This document shows positions 10,359-23,032 of a stretch of 64,000 bases of DNA, piece after piece. The DNA comes from Pelagibacteraceae bacterium AG-422-B15 (lineage in GTDB: Bacteria > Pseudomonadota > Alphaproteobacteria > Pelagibacterales > AG-422-B15). Numbering within the stretch: position 1 is the first letter of the stretch; each line of letters begins with the position of its first letter. Where the stretch lies: NCBI GenBank assembly GCA_905182345.1, contig CAJJBG010000007.1:4011-68010 (forward strand). The letters are read 5' to 3'. Made by a program: the position numbers and the translations under genes. Below the pieces are notes generated by a model that worked only from the letters and a program-made list of their open reading frames with translations, was not told the DNA's origin and made no database searches.

Positions 10359-11085
10359 ACATATAAACAATGGTCTGCTGGTGATCACTATCCTTGTGGT
10401 GGTTATTTTTTCTAGCATATCTATATTTATCCCCTCATTGCTTAATAGTATTGTACCAATAGAGAAAATACTAATAGAAGGCAATAATCGTTCATCAGAG
10501 AACGAAGTTAGAAAGATAATTGATCAATATAAAGATGTAGGTTTAATTAACTTCCCATTAGAGAAATCTCAGGAAAATATAGAAGATATTGATTGGATTA
10601 AAAGAATTTCAATTAAAAGACTGCTCCCCGATACATTGAAAATATCAATAGTAGAAAATACACCTTATGCAGTATTTATTGAAGGTCCTAAAAAGTATTT
10701 AATTGATGATGAGGGTGAGATTATAACCTTAATTAATTCGTTTGATAAATATTCAGATCTATTAACTGTAACAGGATCAGGGGGAAATCTTAATATTTCA
10801 ACATTAATAAAAGAGATTAATATAAATTATCCTGAAATTTTAGCTAAATTAAATGAGGTAGAGTTTATTGAAAATAGAAGATGGAATTTAATTTTAAAGC
10901 AAAATATCAAGATAAAATTACCTGAAAAGAAGTCTTTAGATCAGTTAGAAAAATTAAAACAGCTTGATCAAGAACAGAAGATTTTTAGTAGCAATATAAT
11001 TGAAATAGACCTTAGAGAGATTGGCAGAGCGACTATCAAACTACCCGGCGGAGAACAATTAAAAACAGGCCTGGATGAAGTGTAG
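10339..11085 (+). CDS. ftsQ: cell division protein FtsQ (single TM + POTRA)
   Basis: N-terminal TM helix, POTRA-like IEGNNRSSENEVRKII..LPDTLKISIVENTPYAV, and position between ddl and ftsA. Confidence 0.8.
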   Translation: MLQLIGKHINNGLLVITILVVVIFSSISIFIPSLLNSIVPIEKILIEGNNRSSENEVRKIIDQYKDVGLINFPLEKSQENIEDIDWIKRISIKRLLPDTLKISIVENTPYAVFIEGPKKYLIDDEGEIITLINSFDKYSDLLTVTGSGGNLNISTLIKEININYPEILAKLNEVEFIENRRWNLILKQNIKIKLPEKKSLDQLEKLKQLDQEQKIFSSNIIEIDLREIGRATIKLPGGEQLKTGLDEV

Positions 11086-11090
11086 CTTTG

Positions 11091-12272
11091 ATGTCTAGAA
11101 ACTTAATTAATGCACTTCAGGTAGGTAATAATTCTATTAAATTTATTACAGCCCAAGAGATCGAAATAGCAAACCAAGGCTCAATTATACAAGTTCTTGC
11201 TATGACTGAAAAAAAAGGTGAATGGAATGTAGGCAATGATCTTGATACTGAAATATTATCTTCCTATCTTAAATCATTGCTACTCGAGAATGAAAAATTA
11301 GCAGGTCAAAAAATTAATGAAGTATTGGTTAGTGTAGATGAACAGTCATCTAGCAAGTATATAACTCATGAATTATTTTTAAATAATATTGAGATCACAA
11401 AAGAACATATAAACTCATTTTATAATTCAAAAGATTTTATAGACTTGTACCAAAGTGAAAATCAGCCAATACATACGTTTCCAATCAGCTATAAAGTTGA
11501 TGAAAGAAGGATTGTTTCTGATCCAATTGGAATTAAAGCACAAATGCTTACAGTAAAATGGCACATAATAAGTGTCAGTAGAGAAAAGCTAAAAAATATC
11601 AGCAATCTTTTGGAATTGAGTGGCATACAAATGAGTCAGTGTATCCTTTCTTCCTATGCTAGTACCTTAGCTTCAATTAATGACATGGAATCAAATCTTG
11701 GAGTTATATGTTTAGATATAAATTATAACAAAACAGAGATTACCATCATGATTGATAATCAATTAGTTTATGCTGATCAAATTGAAATTGGAATTAAATA
11801 TGTAAATAAAGATTTACAAGATATTTTAGAAATTAATGAAAAAGAAGCTAATCAATTAAGAATAAAATGGGGAAGCGATAGTAATATTAAGAACTTAAAT
11901 GAAAAGCAGCTGCACATCAAAGAGATCATCAAATATCGTATTGAGGAGATTATTGAACTATCACAGAAAAAAATAATCAACAGTAAATACTATGATTTAG
12001 CCAATAGTCACATTGTAGTGACAGGTGAAGGAGCAAAATATTATGATATTATTGAACTGGCTAAAAATATTTTTAATACCAAAAACATTAGGATTGGCGC
12101 TCCACAAAGAGTGCACGGCTTAAAGTCTATTATTGAAAATACGAGCAATAACACATGCTTGGGCATGCTGAGCTATGCCTTGAGTACAGAATTTCAATAT
12201 GATTCAAAAAATCAAACATCTAAGAAAGAGTCAGTATTATCAGTGCTTTATAACTTCTTTAAAGCCATTTAA
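11091..12272 (+). CDS. ftsA: cell division protein FtsA (actin-like ATPase)
   Basis: Position after ftsQ, actin-fold segments (GVICLDINYNKTEITI, VVTGEGAKY) and a C-terminal amphipathic tail SVLSVLYNFFKAI. ATG at 11091 is preferred over TTG at 11088. Confidence 0.8.
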   Translation: MSRNLINALQVGNNSIKFITAQEIEIANQGSIIQVLAMTEKKGEWNVGNDLDTEILSSYLKSLLLENEKLAGQKINEVLVSVDEQSSSKYITHELFLNNIEITKEHINSFYNSKDFIDLYQSENQPIHTFPISYKVDERRIVSDPIGIKAQMLTVKWHIISVSREKLKNISNLLELSGIQMSQCILSSYASTLASINDMESNLGVICLDINYNKTEITIMIDNQLVYADQIEIGIKYVNKDLQDILEINEKEANQLRIKWGSDSNIKNLNEKQLHIKEIIKYRIEEIIELSQKKIINSKYYDLANSHIVVTGEGAKYYDIIELAKNIFNTKNIRIGAPQRVHGLKSIIENTSNNTCLGMLSYALSTEFQYDSKNQTSKKESVLSVLYNFFKAI

Positions 12273-12337
12273 TTTGAAATAATAAGTAACAATCCTTGTG
12301 TTTTTTACAGTGTATTTCAAAGGTATATTCATTTTAA

Positions 12338-13273
12338 ATGAAATCATCATACCAACATACTATTAAAAAAACCTGTGTACTAGAAGGTACTTCATTACAC
12401 TCAGGCATTTATTCAAAAGTAAAACTTCATCCAGCTCCAGCAAATACTGGAATTAAGTTTAAGAGAATTGATAGTGATTTACCTTTAAATCAAAGAATTA
12501 TAGATGCTTTAATTTGTAATGTTAAATCTTCTCAACTCTGCACTTCAATAGAAAATGAATTTGGCCTAAGAGTCAGTACAATTGAACATTTAATGGCAGC
12601 CTTACATGCCATTGGTATTGATAATTTATTAATTGATATTGACAATGATGAAATGCCTATTCTTGATGGAAGCTCTCTTCAATACTGCTTAGCTTTAGAA
12701 AAAGTCGGCTTAAAAAAGCTTAAAGCTAAAAGAAAATTTTTAAATATTTTAAAACCAATTATAGTTAAAAGAGATGATGCTTTTATTAAAATACTTCCTA
12801 ATAACCAGCTCTCTATAGACTATACAATCAATTATCCTGGAACAGCTGTAGGAAATCAAAATATAGCTATAGAAAGTTTGAATGAGCATAGTTTTAAGAA
12901 TCTACTATCTGACTGTAGAACCTTCACATTTGAAACTGAATTAGAAAAACTAAAAACAAATGGTATTATTAAAGGTGGCTCATTAGATAATGCTGTTGTC
13001 TTTGGAGAGAATGAGCCTCTTAATTCTGATGGTTTAAAGTTCTATAATGAACCTGTGAGACATAAAGCTTTAGATGCTATAGGAGACCTATATTTAACTG
13101 GTTCGCATGTGTTAGCTCACATAGAAGCTTACTGTGCAGGTCATAGTCTTACACATTTGGCTATAAGAGAGATTTTTTCTGACGATAATAACTGGAATCT
13201 TATAACAATCGATGAACAGTCTGATTATAAAATGTTACCAGGTGAGCTATCAGTTAATTCAATTAATCTTTAA
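12338..13273 (+). CDS. lpxC: UDP-3-O-acyl-N-acetylglucosamine deacetylase LpxC
   Basis: GTSLHSG, STIEHLMAAL, EMPILDGSS, HKALDAIGDL and GHSL motifs. Confidence 0.95.
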   Translation: MKSSYQHTIKKTCVLEGTSLHSGIYSKVKLHPAPANTGIKFKRIDSDLPLNQRIIDALICNVKSSQLCTSIENEFGLRVSTIEHLMAALHAIGIDNLLIDIDNDEMPILDGSSLQYCLALEKVGLKKLKAKRKFLNILKPIIVKRDDAFIKILPNNQLSIDYTINYPGTAVGNQNIAIESLNEHSFKNLLSDCRTFTFETELEKLKTNGIIKGGSLDNAVVFGENEPLNSDGLKFYNEPVRHKALDAIGDLYLTGSHVLAHIEAYCAGHSLTHLAIREIFSDDNNWNLITIDEQSDYKMLPGELSVNSINL

Positions 13274-13352
13274 GTAAAATATAACTCTTTTATCTTCCTC
13301 AATAATCAATAAAATAAGATTTTAAAAAAATGCTTATCTGTTATTAGGGAAT

Positions 13353-14114
13353 ATGAAGAAAACAATTATTACAATTATAGCCTGTACCTTTATTTTATTT
13401 AGCTGTGCAAGTAATAAGCTCATGGCACCTGAATCTGAAGGTGAGAAATTGGCAATTTTGTATGCTGACGCACTTAAGAAAACAAAGAAAAAAGACTATG
13501 TTGATGCTGCGATAATATTTGAAGATATAGAAAGACAGTATCCATATACTTCTTGGGCGAGCAAATCTCAATTAATGGCTGGCTTTTGTTATCTAAGATC
13601 AAATATGCATGATGAAAGTATTAATGTTATTGAGAGGTACTTAGCTTTAAATCCTGGTAGCAATGAAATTGACTATGCAAACTATTTAAAGTCACTTAAT
13701 TATTTTAATCAAATTAGCGATGCACAGAGAGATCAATCGTTAACGCTTGCAGCTTTAAAATCATTTAAAGAAGTTGTGAGTAGATTTCCTGATTCAGATT
13801 ATGCAAAAGATTCTAAAGAAAAAATAAAGATTATTAATGATAGATTAGCAAGTAAAGAACTCTATATTGCTCGAGAATATCAAAAAGATCATCAGTGGGT
13901 TTCAGCAATTGCAAGATACAATTATATAATTGAGAATTTTAGTCAGACAAAATTTGCTCCAGAATCATTACATAGATTGGTTGAAATATATTTATCTTTA
14001 GGCCTTATTGATGAGGCTAAAAAATACGCTGCAACTTTGGGGTATAATTACCCGAGTAGTTACTGGTATAAAGCCTCGTATAAACTCATCAATGAAAATA
14101 CAAAAACAACTTAA
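13353..14114 (+). CDS. bamD: outer membrane protein assembly factor BamD (YfiO/ComL lipoprotein)
   Basis: Lipoprotein signal with lipobox FILFSC, TPR-like repeats, and the conserved position after lpxC in Alphaproteobacteria. Confidence 0.85.
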   Translation: MKKTIITIIACTFILFSCASNKLMAPESEGEKLAILYADALKKTKKKDYVDAAIIFEDIERQYPYTSWASKSQLMAGFCYLRSNMHDESINVIERYLALNPGSNEIDYANYLKSLNYFNQISDAQRDQSLTLAALKSFKEVVSRFPDSDYAKDSKEKIKIINDRLASKELYIAREYQKDHQWVSAIARYNYIIENFSQTKFAPESLHRLVEIYLSLGLIDEAKKYAATLGYNYPSSYWYKASYKLINENTKTT

Positions 14115-14118
14115 ATAA

Positions 14119-16152
<2,034 letters not shown>

Positions 16153-16158
<6 letters not shown>

Positions 16159-17904
16159 TTTAGCACATTCAATTTTAAGCCACGCTCTTTCTTTTAGATT
16201 TAAATGCTGATGTAATTTTGTGTAGACTTTTTGGTGGTAGGCATTAAGCCAATCAAGTTCATCTTTTTTAAGTAATTTGAGATCAATTAAATATCGATCG
16301 ATTGGTGCCAATGTTAGCGTCTCTAACTCAAGTTTATTTTTATTTTTTATAACTACAACTAAGTTTTCTATTCTAATGCCATATGCATTTTTTTTATAAA
16401 AACCAGGCTCATTAGAAACTACCATACCAGATTTAAATTTAACTTTAGAACGAGAGGATATTGAGTGGGGACCCTCATGTACGTTTAAAAAATATCCAAC
16501 ACCATGGCCAGTACCATGATCAAAGTCACAGTTATGTCCTCTTAAATACTTTCTTGCTTTATCATTTAATGTCGTTCCAGTTTCTGTAGAGTTAAACTTG
16601 CTAGTGGCTACGGCAATATGACCTTTGAGTACAAGGGTATTCATTTTACGTTGTTCAGACGTAGTTTTCTTAAAAGCTATAGTTCTTGTAACGTCAGTTG
16701 TGCCATCAAAATATTGACCACCAGAATCAATTAGAAATAAATCTGAATTTTTAATTTTACGATTTGATTTCTTATCAGCATGATAATGAACAATAGCTCC
16801 ATTGGGACCAGAGCCAGCTATTGTTGGGAAACTTAATGAAAAAAAGCTCTTATTTTTACTTCTGTTAGTATCTATTTTTTTGATAGCATCAAGTTCAGTA
16901 AGTTTTTTATCATTATTAACTTTATTCTTTATCCAAAATATTGACTTGGTTAAGGCCACACCATCTCTTAAGTGTGCATTACGCATACCCTGAACTTCTA
17001 TTTTATTTTTCTGAGCTTTTAGAATTTCTATAGGATCATTCATTAATTTTATTTTAATCTTATAATATTTGAGCATATTATACATATTTACAGAAATCGT
17101 ACGTGGATCAGCAATTATACTTTTCTTTATAACTTTTTTACTTATAAAATCACTTATTGAATTTCCTTTTAAAATTGTAATTTTAATTAGTTTTGGAAAT
17201 TTTAACCCTCCTTTCACATCTGCAAATAAATAACATTCACCTTTTTTATTAATTAACATTCGACTCATAAATATAGGTGTGTAAGGCAGATCACCAGCCC
17301 TTATATTAAGTAACCAACAAATTGATTCACATGACGTTATTAATAAATAATCAGAATTATTTTTTTTAAGGGTGTTAGTAATAATTTTTATTTTTTCATA
17401 AGTATTTGATCCATGATATTGTTTTTTATGATGCCAAACTTCAGATGGTTTCTTTATTGGTCGATCATTCCAAATGTAATCTATTAAGTTTTTTTCAAGT
17501 AAATTAATCTTGATATTTTCATTAGTTTGCTCTTTTAAAGCTTTAAATTTTCTTGCTGTAGCTATGTTGCCATCAATAGCAAAATTAATTTTCTTAAGTT
17601 TTAGAGAATTTAATAATTCAATTGGGGTTTTTTCAAGGTAGTTAAATACTTTGTAAGCAGAATTATTCACCTCATTTTTTGCCTGTAACGTGTAGCGACC
17701 ATCTACAAATAAATAGGCAGATTTTTTGGTAATAAGCGCTTCACCAGCTGAACCTGAAAATTCAGTTAGCCATTCAAGTCTTTTTGAATATTCTGGGAGA
17801 AACTCATTTTGAAACTCATCTGTCTGATCAACTATACAGGCATCAATATCATGCTTATCCATAAGAGAGCGTATTGCATTTAATTTTTCCTCAGTTTTCA
17901 ACAT
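16153..17904 (-). CDS. M24B-family Xaa-Pro aminopeptidase (long, creatinase-N-domain type)
   Basis: 583 aa. C-terminal pita-bread motifs HGTGHGVGYFLNVHEGP and SNEPGFY..GIRIEN. Confidence 0.85.
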
Positions 17905-20153
17905 GGATTTAGAAAGTTTGAAATTAATTTTTTTACACCATGAGCATCAAAATCAACATGCACTTTAGTTCCATCTACATGCTTAACAGTACCAATACCA
18001 AATTTTTCATGTTCAACTTTTTGACCAATACTAAGCATAATATCTTCATTTATATCACGCACATTTTCTTCTGCCTCTATTTCCATGACAGTCTTAAAAC
18101 TGGAACTTTTATCATAATTTGAACTAATATATTTATTTGAGCCAATAAATTTAGGCTTCTTCATTACAAAGGAATCATCTTGATTGTATTCATCAAAATT
18201 ATTATTAAAGGGATCTGTATGTTCAGAGATGTGATTAATATTTTTGATAAAGTCTTCGTCTAGTTCATCAATAAATCTAGATTGCAGTGAAGGCATCCAA
18301 TTGTTCTGAAACCTTCTTGTTAGTGACGTTGAGATATTCAATATTTTTTTTGCCCTAGTAATACCAACGTACGCCAAGCGACGCTCTTCTTCAATACCCT
18401 TAGTACCAGACTCATCGATTGTTCTTTGATGCGGAAACAATCCTTCTTCCCATCCAGGCAAAAATACAAACTCATATTCTAGGCCTTTAGCAGCATGTAG
18501 AGTCATTAAACTAACTTTTGTATCATTTGAAGTTGTATCTACGGCAGAAACTAAAGAAATATGTTCTAGAAATTCTTCAATACTAGCATAGTCATCCATA
18601 GCTAATATAAGTTCTTTAATATTTTCAATCTTACTTAAAGCATTAATATTTTTGTCATTTTTTAACATTTCCATATAACCAGATTCATCCAATAATATTT
18701 TTAAGATATCATTAAATTTTTTAGAAGAAGTCATTAATGTACAACGTTCTATAAGGTGAATAAACACCTCTAAGCTTGCTTTAGCTTTTTTTGGTAATTC
18801 ATCTGAGCCAGCCAGTGCTTGTGCGGCTTTAAATAAAGATAAACTTTTGTCTTTGGCTAAACTTATAATTTTTCCAAATGATTTATCGCCAATACCACGT
18901 TTTGGCACTAGCAAAGCACGCTCAAATGCAACGTCATCCTGTTTTTCATAGACTAAACGCAAGTAGGAGATTGAATCTTTTATTTCAGCACGCTCATAAA
19001 ATCTTATTCCTCCAATTATTCGATAAGGAACAGAATACTTAATAAGAGACTCTTCAATCTCTCTTGTTTGAAAAGTAGCTCTTACTAATACAGCCATCTC
19101 ATCAAAATTAGGCTGATCTTTTGAGTATTTTAATATTTCTTTGGCAATCAATGAGGCTTCGTCACCACTAGAGTTAGTGAGATGAATATTTATTTTATTG
19201 CCATCACCTTGTTTAGAATAAAGCTCTTTGCCTAAACGCATCTCATTATGACTAATTAATGATGAAGCTGATTTAAGAATATTATTAGTAGATCTGTAGT
19301 TTTGTTCTAATTTAATAGTTTTAGTACTGGGGTTCTCTTTTTCAAACTTAAGCATGTTGTCAGCTTGAGCCCCGCGCCAACTATAAATAGACTGGTCATC
19401 ATCACCAACGCAGCAAATATTACGATGATGGCTGGCAAGCATTTTTAACCAGATATATTGAGCAGCATTAGTATCTTGGTACTCATCAACTAGAATAAAT
19501 TTAAAATTATTACTATATCTCTTATGAATATCTTCAATTTTAAACAAATTAATACATTGCAGCAATAAGTCTCCAAAGTCTAAACAGTTAATATTAAATA
19601 GTCGGCTTTGGTATATTTTATAAATATTGGCGACCTTATCGTCGATAAAGCTATCAAGGTGTTGAGAATTAATGTCATTTGGATTAAGGGCTTTATTTTT
19701 CCAGCTATCAATTTTTGCTTGAACATACTTAGGAGAAATTTGTGATTGGTCTAAGCTTTCTGATTTTAGAATTTGTTTAATAAGAGCAATCTGATCATCT
19801 TTATCTAAGATCGTAAAACTACTTTTAAGACCTATAGCTTCTGCGTGGTTTCTAATAATTTTAGCACCAAGCGAATGAAAGGTACCCATCCAAGGCATTT
19901 TATCAAAACGATTTGGAATTAGACTTTGAATACGCTCACCCATTTCTCTTGCGGCTTTATTCGTAAAAGTGACGCATAGAATTTGAGAAGGTTGAGCAGC
20001 ATTTTGATCAAGGATGTATGCAACACGAGTAGTTAAAACCCTTGTTTTACCAGTGCCGGCACCAGCAAGAACTAAATTTGGACCCTCAATGCTCTTAACG
20101 GCCTCTAATTGTTTTGGGTTTAATAATGTAAGATATTGTGGCGCACTAGACAT
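17898..20153 (-). CDS. uvrD: UvrD/PcrA-type ATP-dependent DNA helicase (SF1)
   Basis: AGAGTGKT (motif I), VDEYQDTN, LEQNYRS, TLHAAKGLEY and YVGITRAK motifs. Confidence 0.9.
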   Translation of the reverse strand: MSSAPQYLTLLNPKQLEAVKSIEGPNLVLAGAGTGKTRVLTTRVAYILDQNAAQPSQILCVTFTNKAAREMGERIQSLIPNRFDKMPWMGTFHSLGAKIIRNHAEAIGLKSSFTILDKDDQIALIKQILKSESLDQSQISPKYVQAKIDSWKNKALNPNDINSQHLDSFIDDKVANIYKIYQSRLFNINCLDFGDLLLQCINLFKIEDIHKRYSNNFKFILVDEYQDTNAAQYIWLKMLASHHRNICCVGDDDQSIYSWRGAQADNMLKFEKENPSTKTIKLEQNYRSTNNILKSASSLISHNEMRLGKELYSKQGDGNKINIHLTNSSGDEASLIAKEILKYSKDQPNFDEMAVLVRATFQTREIEESLIKYSVPYRIIGGIRFYERAEIKDSISYLRLVYEKQDDVAFERALLVPKRGIGDKSFGKIISLAKDKSLSLFKAAQALAGSDELPKKAKASLEVFIHLIERCTLMTSSKKFNDILKILLDESGYMEMLKNDKNINALSKIENIKELILAMDDYASIEEFLEHISLVSAVDTTSNDTKVSLMTLHAAKGLEYEFVFLPGWEEGLFPHQRTIDESGTKGIEEERRLAYVGITRAKKILNISTSLTRRFQNNWMPSLQSRFIDELDEDFIKNINHISEHTDPFNNNFDEYNQDDSFVMKKPKFIGSNKYISSNYDKSSSFKTVMEIEAEENVRDINEDIMLSIGQKVEHEKFGIGTVKHVDGTKVHVDFDAHGVKKLISNFLNPC

Positions 20154-20154
20154 T

Positions 20155-20358
20155 CTAAGTATTCTTTAAATGATTCAGTAGATATAATCTAATGGCACTC
20201 GATAAATTTTGTGTTTTCTTATTTTTATCAACATTTGAAACAATTCTAGAAATTGATTTCTTTTGTAATTTGCTGATATTTTTTAGCTCTATCCAGAATT
20301 CTTGTTCAATAAATACGCTAGTATCATGCCCATTAACTTTCACAGTATGTTTATTCAC
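20155..20358 (-). CDS. small ribbon-helix-helix protein (RHH_4-like)
   Basis: The pattern GHDTSVFIEQEFW..L..I..........D......NLSSAIRLYLL matches my memory of the RHH_4 family consensus. Lies 1 nt upstream of the uvrD start. Confidence 0.6.
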   Translation of the reverse strand: MNKHTVKVNGHDTSVFIEQEFWIELKNISKLQKKSISRIVSNVDKNKKTQNLSSAIRLYLLNHLKNT

Positions 20359-20372
20359 AGGCTATAAGGGAT

Positions 20373-21764
20373 TTAAGAGGCACTCACCATTTTACGAGGA
20401 TCTAAAAGCCCCTTCATTTTTTTGGGATCAACATATTTTAAAATAGCATTGGCTTCAGTTAAAGAAATACCTTTTTTATGTGCTAATTTTGCCATCTCCG
20501 CAGCCTTATTGTAGCCAATTGTTGGGGCTAAAGCCGTAACTAGCATTAAAGAGTTATCCAGGCCAGTTTTGATATTTTTCAAATTTGGTTTAATGCCCTT
20601 AAGGCACTTGTCATTAAAGTTATTCATGCCGGTATAGAGCAATTGAATTGATTTAATGATGTTTAAGCCGATTAAAGGTTTAAAGGCATTAAGCTCAAAG
20701 TGTCCTTGGGAACATGCTATTGACAACGTGTTGTGCAAACCAATTACCTGTAAGCAAGCCATAGTTAAAGCCTCACTTTGTGTAGGGTTGACCTTACCAG
20801 GCATAATTGAAGAGCCAGGTTCGTTTTCAGGGAGACTAAGTTCGCCTAAACCAGATCTTGGTCCAGAGGCAAGCAGCCTAATATCATTAGCTATTTTAAA
20901 TAAATCTGTAGCCAATACATTTAATGTTCCTGATAGTTCAAGAATAGCATCATGAGAGGCGAGGGCTTGAAATTTATTGTCTGCACTTTTAAATCTAATT
21001 TTAGTAGCTTTACCAATTTCCATTGCTACAATTTTATCAAAATTTTTCTTAGTATTTAAACCTGTGCCAACAGCAGTACCACCTTGTGCCAAAGCCATTA
21101 AGCCTGTAGTGGCAAAATTAATTCTTCTTATATTAGAGCTAATCTGAGCAGCATAACCAGAGAACTCTTGCCCTAAAGATAGAGGAGTTGCATCTTGTAA
21201 ATGTGTACGGCCAATTTTAATAATCTTATTCCATTTCTTTGCCTGTGACTTAAGTGTAGTTTCAATCTTCTTTAATGCAGGCTCTAAATTAGTTTTTACT
21301 TGAATTGCTGCGGCAATATTAATTGCAGTAGGAAAAGAGTCGTTAGTAGATTGACTCATGTTTACATGGTCATTTGGATGTACTGGATTATTTGATCCCA
21401 AAGGCTTGCCTAGTTTTTTATTAGCTAGATTGGCAATCACTTCATTAACATTCATATTAGTTTGTGTACCAGAACCAGTTTGCCATACAGAAAGTGGGAA
21501 CTGATCATCATACTTTCCAGTTAAAACAGTGTTAGCAGACTGCACAATGGCATTAGCTATCTTGCTAGAAATACTTTTTTGTTTAAGATTGGTTTTTGCA
21601 CAAGATAGTTTTATTATTGCCAGTGCATGAATAATTTCAATTGGCATAATATCATTACCAATCTTAAAGTTTTGTAATGAGCGTTGTGTTTGCGCACCCC
21701 AAAATTTATCATTATCAACCGACACATTACCTAGAGTGTCTTTTTCGATTCTTTTTCTAACCAT
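20373..21764 (-). CDS. fumC: class II fumarate hydratase
   Basis: GSSIMPGKVNPTQSEA signature, TGSGTQTNMN and HPNDHVN motifs. Confidence 0.95.
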   Translation of the reverse strand: MVRKRIEKDTLGNVSVDNDKFWGAQTQRSLQNFKIGNDIMPIEIIHALAIIKLSCAKTNLKQKSISSKIANAIVQSANTVLTGKYDDQFPLSVWQTGSGTQTNMNVNEVIANLANKKLGKPLGSNNPVHPNDHVNMSQSTNDSFPTAINIAAAIQVKTNLEPALKKIETTLKSQAKKWNKIIKIGRTHLQDATPLSLGQEFSGYAAQISSNIRRINFATTGLMALAQGGTAVGTGLNTKKNFDKIVAMEIGKATKIRFKSADNKFQALASHDAILELSGTLNVLATDLFKIANDIRLLASGPRSGLGELSLPENEPGSSIMPGKVNPTQSEALTMACLQVIGLHNTLSIACSQGHFELNAFKPLIGLNIIKSIQLLYTGMNNFNDKCLKGIKPNLKNIKTGLDNSLMLVTALAPTIGYNKAAEMAKLAHKKGISLTEANAILKYVDPKKMKGLLDPRKMVSAS

Positions 21765-21814
21765 AAGTATAATTATTAGATTCTCTTAATATATCATATG
21801 TGTAGTATTTCAGA

Positions 21815-22009
21815 TTATTCAATGGTACAGGCCATATCTTCTCCACAACATATCGGTGATTTAATTTTACCATGTTCGTTTGGACATTTTGAAATTTGTA
21901 CTTCAGTCCCATCATCAAGTCTTAAACTATCATCTATAAGCGGAGCATCACATTTTGCACATGTTGCATTAATACCCATTCCACACTCTGAACATTCATA
22001 AGTTGCCAT
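21815..22009 (-). CDS. 64-aa cysteine-rich (8 Cys) putative metal-binding protein
   Basis: MATYECSECG..CAKC..KCP..ICCG..AC: two CxxC pairs plus four further Cys. Lies 11 nt downstream of the next small gene. Confidence 0.55.
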   Translation of the reverse strand: MATYECSECGMGINATCAKCDAPLIDDSLRLDDGTEVQISKCPNEHGKIKSPICCGEDMACTIE

Positions 22010-22020
22010 AATTTTTTTCC

Positions 22021-22221
22021 TTAATTTCTGTTATTTATTTGGTTATAAAGTTCTTTTATTGCCTTACTTCCACTGTTCTTAAATACACTAGGTACAATTG
22101 CATGAAAGAAACACTGCATACTAGCTATTAGCATCTTAAAGCCTACGTTGGATGCAAATTTTAAATGTTGAGCATAACTTTCACCCGTATCATTTAAATG
22201 TTTTTTGGAATCTTTGAACAT
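22021..22221 (-). CDS. 66-aa hypothetical protein (possibly DUF6356-like)
   Basis: ORF with the pattern ESYAQHLKFA...HAIVP. The family assignment is from memory only. Confidence 0.4.
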   Translation of the reverse strand: MFKDSKKHLNDTGESYAQHLKFASNVGFKMLIASMQCFFHAIVPSVFKNSGSKAIKELYNQINNRN

Positions 22222-22281
22222 ATAGCTATTTATGCATAGTTTGGCTTTAATGTGAATTGTAAATATTATACTAATAAAATC

Positions 22282-22509
22282 ATGAAGTTTAATGTCACTT
22301 TTAAAGTAACTTGGGATACTGACTACGAATTAGTAGATTTTGAATTTGATTCGAAGAATCTAGAAACCCTGCACAGAAATATTAAAGTTGCCATAGATGA
22401 AAACTATCTTGAGCCAGAACGCAATGTTAAAAAGCCCATAAATGGCAAGACAGCTATCACCTATACTTCAATTAAAGATCTATCAGGTAAAGAATTATAT
22501 TCGGCTTAA
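22282..22509 (+). CDS. 75-aa hypothetical protein
   Basis: The only long ORF in this gap. ATG at 22282 (MKFNVTFKV...) is preferred over GTG at 22252. No motif recognised. Confidence 0.4.
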   Translation: MKFNVTFKVTWDTDYELVDFEFDSKNLETLHRNIKVAIDENYLEPERNVKKPINGKTAITYTSIKDLSGKELYSA

Positions 22510-22511
22510 TT

Positions 22512-22718
22512 CTAGTTCTTAAAAAGCTCAATGGCTTGATTTAATAATTCTTCAGATTTTGCATGGTCACCACTTTCATGTGCAGCCATTGCATCATCAC
22601 GAAGTTGTTGAACCTGCTCAATCTTGTCATCTACTTGTTTTGCCATCATTGGACATGAGCCAGCAAATGCAGATGTAGAAAATAAAACTAATATTAATGT
22701 AATTATAAAATTTTTCAT
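22512..22718 (-). CDS. 68-aa secreted helical protein, unknown function
   Basis: Signal peptide MKNFIITLILVLFSTSAFA, then GSCPMM and an acidic/His-containing helical region. Confidence 0.5.
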   Translation of the reverse strand: MKNFIITLILVLFSTSAFAGSCPMMAKQVDDKIEQVQQLRDDAMAAHESGDHAKSEELLNQAIELFKN

Positions 22719-22794
22719 TGTTACTCCTTTAAATTTAATTAGTAGAAATGATATAGTTCAAAATAAAAAAAATAAAGCAGGAGATTGCTATTGA

Positions 22795-23004
22795 TTACCA
22801 GAAATTAAGTACTCTTCCATTACCAGCAATAATTAAGACACACGTTAGTACGTGTAACACAATCCAAAAAGTACGCAAAGCAAGAGCTTTTTTTACATCA
22901 CGCTGAGTAATTGGTTGAAACTCAGGTTTGTCTTTATCAGTTTCACCAATTGGCATGCCTACAGCACGTGACCACATTTTTAGAAATTTTCTTTGTCCGC
23001 TCAT
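22795..23004 (-). CDS. 69-aa single-TM membrane protein, unknown function
   Basis: Basic N-terminus followed by one hydrophobic helix, TFWIVLHVLTCVLIIAG. Confidence 0.45.
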   Translation of the reverse strand: MSGQRKFLKMWSRAVGMPIGETDKDKPEFQPITQRDVKKALALRTFWIVLHVLTCVLIIAGNGRVLNFW

Positions 23005-23032
23005 AATTATCTAAATTTTTAGCAGAATACTT

